DNA from: Haplodiscus bocki
Taxonomy: Eukaryota
Direction: 5' to 3'
DNA: 64,000 nt
NCBI GenBank assembly: GCA_965655095.1
Contig: OZ296656.1
Location: 44,640,001-44,704,000 of the forward strand
Under the pieces are notes generated by a model. That model made no database searches. It had not been told where the DNA came from and was given only the letters and a program-made list of their open reading frames with translations. Shown here in pieces: positions 51,801 through 63,799 of the stretch. The stretch's first letter is position 1. Every line of letters begins with the position of its first letter. Position numbers and translations under genes: made by a program.

Positions 51801-54800
51801 ATTAACTTCCCCAGGCAGCAATTTTGAGAATTTCGTCAACCATCAATCAAAAAGGTTTCCATGGAAGAAAGAAAAATACTTTGCATAGTCAATGTTGTGC
51901 GGATCTTAAAAACTTGAGAGCAACAACATGTATGGCAACATCCACCAGCAAAACATATCGTGGTACCAGGTTCGTAACTACTAGACAACAATTTCATTTT
52001 CAATTATCCAAAACGAATTTTCAATACTTGTTTGGATCAAATAAAATGACTGACGTCGCTGAATTTTGGAGTATTAATATAATCAGCACTGGTGTACACA
52101 CCGACAAAATCAATTCACAAAAATGACTGTCTTAAAGCAGCTGATATCTGCCAGAAAGCATTTTCCACTTTTTTGCAAACTGTATTCAATTCAAGAAGAA
52201 AACCTGGAGGAAATTTTAGCCGAAAATGACGTAGATAGTTATGTATACCACAACTTTCTTCATTTCTCCAGGTCCCACATCGATCAAAAAACAAGTTAGC
52301 AAAGGCTCCAGCGAAAAACGTTCTGCGTTCATTCTGTTTCAATTTTGCGATTTGAAGGCACAGCTGCATTATAAGATGATCAAACTTCCAATTCACTACT
52401 GTTTCGGTGAGATTTTCCACTTCGTAATTCAAAACTCTGTGTCTCGCCCTTTCAATTTCAAAAACCTTCAAAAAAATACGGAAACGAAACTCTTCCTTAT
52501 TATTCGTTTGATCCACTGCGCTGTTAAATTTTCCCGAATGAACATTTTCTGTCTGAATTAAAATGCCCTGTTGAATGTTTTCCTGTTTTCGCAAAGCATA
52601 AAATCCTGGAAACTCTTGATAACATTGTTTACAATTGAAAGTAACCGCAGGTTTTGGAGCGGTGTTATGTTAAGCAAAAAGATGAACAAAACCTACTGCG
52701 ATATAGTAGAGAAATTGAGGCTTTGTGTGTAACAAATGTTTTAGCTGAGCATCTCTTTTTGTGCCGTACAACATTGTTTTTTTTATGTTGGATAACAATT
52801 TTTTCTCTTCAAATTTTTTTCTCGGATTGACGAAAGCTTCTCATTACGAGGTGTTCAACGGAAAGATTTCAAATAAACGTAAAAATTGATGCAACCTGAA
52901 TGTGGCACTGGAAGACGAAAAATGCCAAAAAAAGACATAGCAGGTGTTACTCAATACTTTCAATTTTTTATGGAAAACCCCATTAGAAAAAGAGCAACCA
53001 CAAAAACAAACAAACATGGCAGTAAAAACAAAAACCGTACGAGTTGTCAATCAACTTCTTTCGTTTTAGAAACCGAATGTGTCCAAAAAAAATCAATTGA
53101 AGTGGTCAAAAAGCTTGTCTATGAAAACACTTCAAGAGGAATAAGTTCTTTTTTTTTGTAGTGACAGAATGTCTGAGAAAAAACATCCTGTCGATTAACT
53201 TCCCCAGGCAGCAACTTTGAGAATTTCGTCAACCATCAATCAAAAAGGTTTCCACGGAAGGAAGAAAAATACTTTGCATAGTCAGTGTTGTGCGGATGTT
53301 AAAAACTTGAGAACAACAACATGTATGGCAACATCCACCAGCAAATACATATCGTGGTACCAGGTTCGTAACTACTAGACAACAATTTCATTTTCAATTA
53401 TCCAAAACGAAATTTCAATACTTGTTTGGATCAAATAAAATGACTGCCGTCGCTGAATTTTGGAGTATTAATATAATCAGCAATGGTGTACACACCGACA
53501 AAATCAGTTCACAAAAATGACTGTCTTAAAGCAGCTGATATCTGCCAAAAAGCATTTTCCACATTTTTGCAAACTGTATTCAATTCAAGAAGAAAACCTG
53601 GAGGAAATTTTAGCCAAAAATGACGTAGATAGTTATGTATACCACAACTTTCTTCATTTCTCCAGGTCCCACATCGATCAAAAAACAAGTTAGCAAAGGC
53701 TCCAACAAAAAACGTTCTGCGTTCATTCTGTTTCAATTTTGCGATTTGAAGCCACAGCTGCATTATTTCATGATCAAACTTTCAATTCACTACTGTTTCG
53801 GTGAGATTTTCCACTTCGTAATTCAAAACTCTGTGTCTCGCCCTTTCAATTTCAAAAACCTTCAAAAAAATACGGAAACGAAACTCTTCCTTTTTATTCG
53901 TTTGATCCACTGCGCTGTTAAATTTTCCCGAATGAACATTTTCTGTCTGAATTAAAATGCCATGTTGAATGTTTTCCTGTTTTCGCAAAGCATAAAATCC
54001 TGGAATCTCTTGATAACATTGTTTACAATTGAAAGTAACCGCAGGTTTTAGGGCGGTGTTATGTTAAGCAAAATGATGAACAAATCTTACTGCGATATAG
54101 TATAGAAATTGAGGCTTTGTGTGTAACAAATGTTTTAGCTGAGCATCTCTTTTTGTGCCGTACAACATTGTTTTTTTAGGTTGGATAACAATTTTTTCTC
54201 TTGAATTTTTTTCTCGGATTGACGAAAGCTTCTCATTAAGAGGTGTTCAACGGAAAGATTTCAAATAAACGTAAAAAATGATGCAACCTGACTGTGGCAC
54301 TGGAAGACGAAAAATGCCAAAAAAAGACATAGCAGGTGTTACTCAATACTTTCAATTTTATATGGAAAACCCCATTAAAAAAAGAGCAACTATAGGAAAA
54401 GGAACATGGCACTAAAAACACAAACCGTACGAGTTGTCAATCAATTTCTTTCATTTTAGAAACCGACTGTGTCCAAAAAATTCATTTGAAGGTGTCGGAA
54501 AGCTTGTATGAAAACAATTCAAGCGGAATAAGTTCCCTTTTTATGGTGACAGACTGTCTGAGAAAAACAATGTAAGGGATTACCAACCACAGGCAACGTG
54601 ACTGAAACTTTTCATCAACAAGAAGAAATACCCGCGACGAACGCTTGTGTGAGGAGATTGTTTGGTTTATTTTTGCAAATTTATTCTCAACTGTTAATCA
54701 AAAAGATGTACATTAAGGGAAAAAGAATTTTTTTGCACAGCCACTGTTGTGCTGAAATTTAAAACGTTGCAACGACAACATGCACAACAGCATCCACCAG

Positions 54801-55226
54801 CAAACACACCTTCTGGAGCCAAGCTCCTGAGCACAAGACCAAAATTTTGTTTTTAAATAGCCGAAACAAAATATTTAAATCTGTTTGGTTCATATAAAAG
54901 CGTTGGCGTCGCTGAATTTTGAGATCTTTAATTAATCAGCATCGGTGTACACCAGCGATAAAATCATTTCACATACTTTACTGTGTGAGGACAGCTCATC
55001 TCTTTCAAAAAGAAACTTCTCAGTTTGCGCAAACACTATTCATTTTACGAAGACAATCCAGAGGAACTTTTGAACGCAATTGACGTGGATAGTATTTTTT
55101 GTCACAACTTTTTTCACATCTGTCAGTCCCAGTATCGAATTGAGCAAGTTACCAATGGCTCTAGAGAAAAATCTCCTGCAATCAGTTGGTTCCATTTCAC
55201 AGATTCGAAGACACAGCAACATTATA
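27340..55226. repeat. Polinton-derived macrosatellite: 20 tandem copies of a ~1390-bp unit
   Basis: Landmark agctgagcatctc at 27716, 29107, 30499, 31890, 33281, 34670, 36059, 37450, 38839, 40230, 41620, 43011, 44400, 45790, 47181, 48573, 49962, 51352, 52743 and 54137 (spacing 1389-1394). Internal copies are near-identical; the outer edges are much more divergent. Confidence 0.98.
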
Positions 55227-55600
55227 CCCTACAAGAAGATATGAGAATTCCTAAAAGAAACTTGAGTTTTTTGATCGGCAGTTTGCACGACTTTCTCAAA
55301 TTTTTTGATGAAGCGAGAAATTGATCACAAATTCCATTATCAAAATCGAAAAATGACAATGGGTTTACAAAGTCAAAAGTCAACCCTTCTGCTCATTGCT
55401 ATAAAGAAACCATTGAGCATCCAGACACGTATTCGTTTGTCGTTCCGGTTTGAAAAAGACATTCCTTGCGTCTTCTCCATTAAAAAGATTGAAGAATAAG
55501 GTAATCAATATACACTTTTGGAAAATGTCAATTTTGACCACCGCGAGGTTTACAACTTCTACAAAAACCATATTTACTATTCAAATAGTTGTCTAACAAT
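54985..55600 (+). pseudogene. Polinton accessory ORF divergent from polB; its 5' part is included in every satellite unit
   Basis: LRKHYSFYEDNPEELLNAIDVDSIFCHNFFH... aligns with MTVLKQ...LYSIQEENLEEILAENDVDSFVYHNFFH from 28487 in the unit. Confidence 0.55.
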
Positions 55601-56279
55601 TGATATCTTTTTAAGATTTGTAGCACATACAGTCTTGATTGACAACAACAATCTTAATTTTATGGGGAACGTGTAATCTGCGATTAACATGTGCTCTGCA
55701 GTACTTCGCGTGCACAAAAAGACCATTCAATCTCTTGAAGGAAGTGATTATCAGTTTGCATAAGGCGACTCCAGGTGTCAGATCGGCAAAATTCTCTTTA
55801 AAAAAAAACCAGCAAGTTCTTTTTTCCTGATGTGTGAAGAAAAGATTCACATTTTTGTAGAGACTCAGAAATCAAATCAAGATGTTTTTCGCGACGTCGT
55901 TGTCGTCCAACATACCGAAAGTGTGTTTATTTTTCAACAAGAAAAAGTCTAGTTTCCACGACCGTGAGGAGTGCAAAGTCTGCCCTCACATGCTTAATGT
56001 TCCATTTACGAAACAAAACCCACAATATTTTTGTTTGTTGGAGATGGTACATATTGCACTGAAAATAAGACGAATCGTGGCTACGAAGATGAAAAGGCTT
56101 TTCCTTTTGTTGATGAGGTTTCTCCGCCAATCACAATCAAGCACACCCAAACAAGCGCCAAATAGGCAAAAAATCCTTCAGTTCGTTGCAAAAAGGTGTC
56201 GACTCCCCATTGGTTGATATAGGTAACCATAAAATTAAATCTGTTCTCGTTTTATACAGTTCCAATCTACAGTAAAGCA

Positions 56280-56850
56280 ACATAAGTTTCTGAGTCTTCA
56301 ACGTTGGCGTTGAGTTGTCATTCGACTCTGGATCACATTCAGGTACTCCGACGGAAAACGATGACGTCCAAGAAATGACAATAGGTTCCCAAGAACTTTC
56401 TCTGGCAGCTTGGAGCTTGTTGCTGTCTTAAAAACACAACGTTCTCAAAATCCATCTAGCGCGAACATCTTTTACCCCCAACGTGCAAAGGATTCTGAAG
56501 CTGAAAGACGACCTGCTCGCATGTTTAGGTGCAAAAGATATGGACACAAGCGGTCATCAGTTGTGTGATCTGAACGATATAAAATAAAACTGGAAAAATG
56601 ATCAATTGGACCTCGACACTGTCTTCAAACCCAGGAATTGGTATCCCTTTATCCCTTACAGCGTTTGACGACGTGGAGAAGGGAGTATCAGCAGATTCTG
56701 CTCGACGAAGAAGAGGAGGAGGAGATAGATCCTCCAGCAACACCAGTCTCTGAGAGACCGAAACAACCTCCTGCCTCGGTAAGAAGTCATTCATTTGGAA
56801 CCAGCATAGAAAAAAATTCAATATGTTTATAAAAAGTTATCTCAGTAAGT
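56280..56850 (+). pseudogene. Acidic, Pro-rich low-complexity Polinton accessory ORF
   Basis: ENDQLDLDTVFKP...ILLDEEEEEEIDPPATPVSERPKQPPA across frameshifts. Confidence 0.45.
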
Positions 56851-57229
56851 TTTACTGTCTATGTAAATTGATAAAAAATAAAATTGAACTGTTTCATTTT
56901 TTGTTATTTTTTCCCCAAAACTAGTCAAACATGGGGGAGACAGAAGCAGTGAGAACTTGGATAACATTATTTTTACTAGTGGCGGCAGGTTTCTGCATGT
57001 ACCAAGTCCATCCACAGAAAAAATTGGGACACCAGAGCGAAATTGAAAGTCAATGTCTTCGCGACATTTAGTAATGTTCGAACAGTAGCGAATGGTATTA
57101 TGAGTTGATGAAAGACTTGTATGTTAGAAAATTACACGGATGGAGGAAAACTATGGTCTGGAGGGAAAGTAAGAGAAGTACATGTGGACGGGCTTGGTTT
57201 GAATTGAGCATTAAAGAAGGTGAAAAACT

Positions 57230-57745
57230 TTTGATTCAAAACGATGCATGTTCTAAATTTTTTATTTCGAAATCTAGGGAGATATGAACTTTTCAAATCA
57301 AAATCTGACGAGAAGAAATTTTTTCAATTCGAATCCGGATCAATTCAAACAAATATATCCAGTTCTTTACCTGATTTTCAGAAAAAACTTCTCAGTCAAG
57401 TTTTGATTTATAGAAAAAACTTTGCTTCGGAATCATGTTTTTTAAAAAAAAACGCAAACATTGTCGCTTTCACGGTGTAAAATGCATTTGAACGTAATTT
57501 TTTGGATTCATAAGTTTTTTCAAAATCTTATTCCTCCAAAAAAGTACTCAAAATCTGATTTTAGGAAAAAAAATTCTCAAAGTCTGAATTTTCAGAAATT
57601 TTCTAATTCAGAATAAGAATACATGAAAAATTGTTAATTGAAAATCTTACAAGTCGAAGGTTTTTTTTTACAAAATCCGACAGGACGAAAATTTCAAACT
57701 CAAACTCTGCCGTGCTGTAAAAATATCAATTCAGAGTCTCATTTT
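57230..57745. repeat. Degenerate AT-rich ~30-bp repeats (caaaatctga core) inside the Polinton
   Basis: About 10 or more copies of tcaaaatct(g/t)a-like cores. Confidence 0.55.
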
Positions 57746-58749
57746 TAAACTTGTTTGTAGTTTATAGCAAAGGAAAGATTAAATTAGAAGAAGAATGCGA
57801 GCTTACAACATATGTTTGTGTTCCTTCGTGAAGTTGGTTTGTTTGTTGGTTTTATCGCCTTGGAGAACTGATGATGGATGCAATGGTTTTTTCTTTCGCA
57901 CTATCATTTCACATTTTGAACTCTCTATAGTTGGCAAATTTGGTTAGGCTTTCGAGAAAGAAATTGAAAAGTTGTTTATTTGCTTTTATACTTATCATAA
58001 CCATCTGGGACACAATCTACAGAAATTTATCGTTTCCCGTTCATCATTCGACTTTTCATCGTGTTCAATTTTTTTTGAAAAGACTCTTTCACTAGTTTGC
58101 GTTCAACTGGTCTCTCGGAAGGAGCTCAAAAAATGCTTTTTTTTCTTTTTTTTTCCTCCGCAGGCTGTGCATTCCATCCATTTTTCTGTTTCTTTGATTA
58201 AAGATGATTGCTTTTCGCACAATATAAAACACTTGCCCACTCTTCACAACAACTTTTCCACCGGATCAATACCTGAAGAGTGTATAGAGACAGTCAAAGG
58301 TTTGATAAGTGAAACACAATGTGTCCAATTTCTGTAGCAACTCTTCAAAATTACCCAGCAGTAAATTGTCATATCTGCAATTGGGTAAAGTCATATCTCA
58401 TCCTTGTGGTGGGAAATGCAGTACTCTTTGCTCACAATATAATTCCCATACCTTTCTGCAGAAGTAAAGTGGCCATTTTTTTTGAAAGATTGGCAGTAAA
58501 GCTGGGACTCACTTAGAACGTTACAGCTGCCATCTGATCGTTGAGACGTTCGCTGAGCAAACGAAGTTGCGAAACAAAATTCAACTCTTTTTGTATCTAC
58601 CAAAAGTGGAAAGGGAATCCACATATGAAATTGTCACTTGACAATGACCCAAGTAGAAGCGTATACAAGCAATAAGTTACTTCAAAATTTTTCTTCGACT
58701 TTCATTGTCACAACCTAAACACTTCCTTCAGCTACCAGCGTGCTATGTC

Positions 58750-59320
58750 ATTTAGCCATGTCTTAGAGCACTTTTGCTTCCTTGCAACCTAACTTGTACA
58801 GAATCTGCAGAATTTGGAGAAAGTCCAGATAGCTTTGAACAAATTTTTGTCAGGAGGTGGTTCAAAATATTTGGATGTACAACTCATTGTGGTCAAGAGA
58901 GATGACCACAAAGATTTCTGAATGATGAAAAAACTTACATTGGGAGATGCAGTTTTCAATCACTTCAGGCGATTGAGGAAAAAGCTGGTCCTTGCAGCTT
59001 GAAAAATCGGTAGAGAGGAAAACCTGTGCCAGTAATGGTACCAACAATGTCCAAACACATGCATGAACACCGTGAACTGGCTCATGAGGTGGTTAAAGAA
59101 GAAGATCGAGGAACAAGAAAGTTTTTTGTGACTCTGCCGCGGTACAATTTGAACGAGCCAGAGGGTTCATTTGCACTTGTCGGTTTATTTGCAGGGAGGA
59201 AGAAGACCAAGAGGGTTTAAAGGAATGTTTTTGTGATGAAAACTTTGACAAATTCCTCTATCTATTTGATGTAATCATTTCTGTGTTTTTTTTGAAGTCA
59301 TGTCTGATGAACTGATTTGA
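58750..59320 (+). pseudogene. Accessory ORF, possibly a PC4-like ssDNA-binding protein
   Basis: SKYLDVQLIVVKRDDHKDF*MMKKLTLGDAVFNHFRRLRKKLV has the YLDxR...LT...F..L pattern of PC4-like folds. Recalled similarity only. Confidence 0.4.
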
Positions 59321-60195
59321 AACGTCTTAGTACAAGGAATTGCAACTATCTTTTTTTTCATTTTTCTTTTTCTCTCGAGTCACGTTGAGTTTGAACATCG
59401 GACATAATGAAAACATATTTCTCAAGTTAAAAACGAAATTGCAAGATTATCAAGTTTAATTTACAACTTTAAAAAATTCTCCCAAAAAATAAACACTAGC
59501 TGTAGCTGAAATGCAACACTTACCAGGCATTGAAAAGACTGATTCCAGAGAAGAAAAATCTTCTTTATACGGTTAAAAGATAATGATAGCGGAAAAATGT
59601 GTGTAAATCTCAGGATTGACACAGACAGGTTGAAAATTGCCTTGCAGCTTTATCAAAACAGATTATGCCTCAAAAACAGCGAAATTGATTTTGAATTGAC
59701 AAAATAGTAGACAATCTTGGCAAAACGGTTTTATATTCTGATATACGAGGACATATATGTCAAGCAGTCCCTTGTAATGGATGAAACGACACTTAATTAT
59801 CGAAACAAACTTAATCAAGAAACGATATTCTCTGCCTAATTTTTTTTTCGGATACTACTTGGTAGTAAAATTGTGCATTCGAAAAATTATTTCTAACTGA
59901 ATGTATCTCTTGCGATGATAGAGTCTCTTTACAAAAGATGGACCAAAAATATAAACTGTGGTGAACCACTGGCTGTCATAGTTCGTACTTGGAGTTCATA
60001 TTTCTTCACTTCAAAAAAATCAGAATAAATGCAAAGCCACATGATGTTGATGAAGCAGCGCGGTCACTGAGTAGTAAAGGATCCGGCTACCGCTACCTGC
60101 TTCCTAAAGCACCAAAGCGAACAGTACTACTATTTTGCCTTTGGTTATAACTCTTTGTCCCTTCCATTTTCAACTCTGTCGACTTCTGAAACAAT

Positions 60196-60640
60196 ATGTC
60201 CTGCAATTCACTAGATATTGAGCTTTTACATGAAGACTTTAATGAAGCGTTGGGAATGTTCATAGATGGAATTGTTCGAAGATCTCTTTTTGGTCCTCTA
60301 AAAGAGCACAAACCGACAAACCAAGTATTTTGATGTACAAGAAGCAAGCAGGCCAAAATGTGGAATAGTGGTTTACAAAGAATTGACAAAAATCATTCTT
60401 AGAGACGTGAAGTGTAAATACTTTTCGGAAAGTACGGAAAAACGCTAGATTTTTGGCACTTTGATCGATAAAGAGGTTGAAAATTTGGAAGATCATGGCC
60501 ATCACTGGTTCAGGATTTTGCAGAAACACATGAAGAAATGAGGATTTGCCCGAGTTACCCATTCAGACACAACACCACGCTTCAAAGTGCAGAGCGCTGA
60601 ACAAAAATTTGTAGTAACTGGAAAAGGTAGCTATTGAAGC
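60196..60640 (+). pseudogene. Small DEDD/DnaQ-like exonuclease
   Basis: MSCNSLDIELLHEDFNEALGMF (DxE, xLG), ...VENLEDHG..., RICPSYPFRHNTTLQSAER. Confidence 0.55.
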
Positions 60641-61006
60641 CGTAAATTTTGTATTGTGAAGTGTAATGTCAGTATCTTTGAAATTAAATCCTAAAAAATG
60701 ATTCAACTTTTTTCTGGTAATCCAAAATGGAAAATGGTGTGTTCAAAACAACTGACTAAACAAGAAAATAATTTTTGTTGAGATAAAAAGGTTTTTGACA
60801 ACAAAAAGCAAGAAGGAAAATCGTGGTCCCGATTGGTTCAAACCTGTTCCACGTCTTCAATTGCGTTGTTGTCCCATCTCCTTGTCTTTTTTTTGATTAT
60901 CTTGGATTGGTTCAGAGACTTCACCGTTCAAGAACCTGTGGCAAATCAACTTCTTAGGTGGGATTTTTTTGGAGTGGAGCATGCTCGTTTTATCCCCACC
61001 AAGACT

Positions 61007-61850
61007 GTGAACATGTTAATTTCGACAAAAAACTGCGTCTTTTTATCGCTGGTTGCCCCCCCCCCCCCAAGATGCAAAAGTTGCATTTTTTGTATATTTG
61101 GCTTGAAATAGGATCTTCTTAGCCAAGACTTGACAAAAGTTTTCCTTTTTCCATCAAAACTTGCAGGGATTTTATGATCGTACGCGCAAAGAAACTGATA
61201 ATCTCGAATTTGTTCTAGGTGTAGATTTTAAAAATATAGTTTCTTTACAAAACAAACGGTACTAAGTACTTGTTGAACCCTCACAGTTCAAATGAAAAAA
61301 ATTGTAACTCAAAAGCAAAATTTGACGTTTCCACCGTTCGAAACAACGTGGATTGAGTACTATTTACAAAAAGCACAACTTGTTTCATCCAAGCAAACAT
61401 GGGCGAGACGTTAAGCTCCAAAACACGCACATTGTTTTCTTCTAGTCTCTCCGTCACATGTTGCACGTCTGCATGTTTAGTGCAGAGTCAGGTTTCAGTT
61501 CAATGGTAGTTGATTGGTATCGAGACTCAACGTCTGTTTCCCACGGTCTTTTGTTGATGAACTTGTCACCACGAACAAACAATCGACTACGCTACTACAC
61601 AAACACTAGATCCACTTTTCATGATTATTTATCCAACAATGGTTAAAGCAAATAAGGTGTTTGAACGGCCACGACGCAATTTTTTTCTACTCTCCAAGTG
61701 TTTTAATTGTTTTCAGTGTTCTAATTGTTTTCTCAGAAGCGCGAAATTCATTTCTTTCAGTGTTGTTCAAAACAATTCATCTGGTTTCCCTGCGAATGTT
61801 TAAAAAATTTGTTCCAAGGAAACTTGCAAAACAAGGAAAGAAATCACATG
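61007..61850 (+). pseudogene. A32/FtsK-like genome-packaging ATPase
   Basis: VFLSLVAP followed by a C13 run where Walker A should be. Then TKYLL (Walker B region), RGLSTIYKKHNLFHPSKHGRDVKLQNTHIVFF and DWYRDSTSVSHGLLLMNLSPRTNNRLRY. Confidence 0.88.
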
Positions 61851-61990
61851 GCAATTTTACACGGCAAGATACAACTATTCTTTCTCAACCGAACAACTTG
61901 GAAGTTAAAAATAGAGGTTCCAGGATTGAAAGAAGGGTTAAAATTTAATATGAATAATTACTCCTCCTCTCAATAACCGTTTGTGTTGGC

Positions 61991-62399
61991 ATGGTGCAGT
62001 TTCTTCTCTTTCCCGCTTCAGGGTAGAACAGGCGTCTAAATACCCAATCGAATGCAAAGCAGGAACTTGCGTAACATCAATCTTTACAAAATCCCACGTA
62101 CCAAATTGGTATGTTAAAAAAGAAAGTAAGAAAATGTTGTTTGCCACAGCAGACTCTCCAGTTGACAAATGTTTGATTCTTCAGGTAACAAGATCTCAAA
62201 ATCCCAGACTGTTATTTTGGACGGCGTAGAAACCGGAATGTTACTGTCAAACTTTGCTCAACAACTGCGCCGTAAGAACGCCTACGTTCCAGTTATTTAA
62301 TTAACTTTATTCGACGCTGCTGGTAGATCTCTGTCTCTTGTTCTGAGTTAGAATTCCAAAACTAAAGTGAGAGGTAGCTGGGTTTTTTTTAAAATCTGA
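61991..62399 (+). pseudogene. Polinton ORF between ATPase and integrase (function unknown)
   Basis: MVQFLLFP...QTVILDGVETGMLLSNFAQQLRRKNAYVP...RGSWVFFKI* across frameshifts. Confidence 0.5.
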
Positions 62400-63095
62400 A
62401 ATTCAAAAGTTACAAAAGCTCTACAGAGAGTGTTGTGCTGCTTATGGGTCTGAGCGCAACTTAGTTGAAGCTAGCAATCTGTTAGTATCAAGGGTGAGAC
62501 AATTCTTGCATTCAAAACCTTATAAAACTTTTACTACGGCGACACGTAAAATCAAGAGAACGAAGCCATTTGCCAGATATAAAGCAGAAGTTTGTTGTGT
62601 GAATCCTGCACATGTCGAGAAAGTAGCCAAAATAAATAACAGTCAGAAAATTTTAATAGTTCGACCAGCCTTGTATGATAGAACCGTAGTTGCGAATGGA
62701 ATGAGAACACAAAACTGTAAAGAAACTGTTTGATCAGTTCTAGCTACAACATCAAAAAATATCGACAAAAAAAAATTTAATTGGACAAGGAAACAGAGTT
62801 TATGAGAGAGTTTAAATGACTATGCAAAACTGCAGGATTTCAAAATTTTTCAGCAAAGATTGAGACTAAGGCTGCAATTGTTGATCGTACGATACGATCC
62901 CTGAAAAAAACTTTTTATCGTTACACGGAAGATTATGAGTGCAAGTTTATTCAAAAGTTGCCTCAATTCGTTACAGATCTGAATTCAAGAAGAAATTGAT
63001 CAATAGACTTGATACCAAAGAACGTAAACAATTCGGACTTTTGCCCCATCTGTACAGCAAACCACTGCGAGAATTTCGAGAATCCCCATGTGAAG
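62400..63095 (+). pseudogene. int: Retroviral-type (c-)integrase, C-terminally deleted
   Basis: KLYRECCAAYGSERNL...VRQFLHSKPY..., LDKETEF (like DKGTEF), DRTIRSLK, LPQFVTDLNSRRN. Confidence 0.88.
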
Positions 63096-63790
63096 TTGGT
63101 CAGCTGGAAGTGACATAATCCCAAAAAATCCCAACAATCAGTGTACCAAAATATTACGGAGGTAGAGAGGGAACCTCATGTTTTTTTACCAAAAAAACTT
63201 TCAGAAGCGTCAGATTTTCACTACCTGCAGCCCTTCCTCTACGGATAATGTTGAAGTTGTGAACACCATCTTTCAACAGAGACATAATGACACCAAAAAA
63301 CGCACCACAGTCAAGGTGTTTCGAGGAACTAAAAAAATGAAATTTACTTTGCAGGAGGAAGATCTGGTCGTGCATTCCTTAGTTTTGGGACACATTTTTG
63401 AAAGTAATTTCAGCAATGAACATGAGGTGATGTTGAGAAAGAAAGGACCTCAGAAACCAATGTTTCCTTTAGAATTTTTCCGTATACTCTCTCTCACGAT
63501 GTAAACAGAAATGATTGAATACAATAATGTTGGCGACACAGAAATCTCCTTGCTGCGTTGCCCTTTTTTTTATTTCAGAGCTTAAAACTGAAGATATTTT
63601 TTCACTCGACTGTATATGAACTATCAAACCTCTAGTATCCTACAATTCAGACGGCTGCTCAAAAACCCTTTTTGTAGTTGTTACATAGACTTGAGAGACA
63701 CGACGGATGAAAAGTTACTCTTTGTGTCTGTCGGTATTCGTTGTCTTGTTCTGATCTTTAGAGAAACCTCCAACACTCAATTCTACCAAA
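63096..63790 (+). pseudogene. Minor capsid (penton-like) protein, N-terminus deleted
   Basis: GQLEVT..., RILSLTM*TEMIEYNNVGDTEISLLRC (like IYxDxIExxxVGDxxxPLLR) and YIDLRDTTDEKLLFVSVG. Confidence 0.8.
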
Positions 63791-63799
63791 AACGATGTT

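Noticed and set aside
27813-54421. Tandem multigene family of 60-170-aa proteins suggested by the ORF track
   Set aside because: The ORFs are fragments or antisense of decayed Polinton genes, mostly with non-ATG starts, and are broken by homopolymer indels in many units. The 159-aa ORF is a polB fragment fused to antisense sequence.
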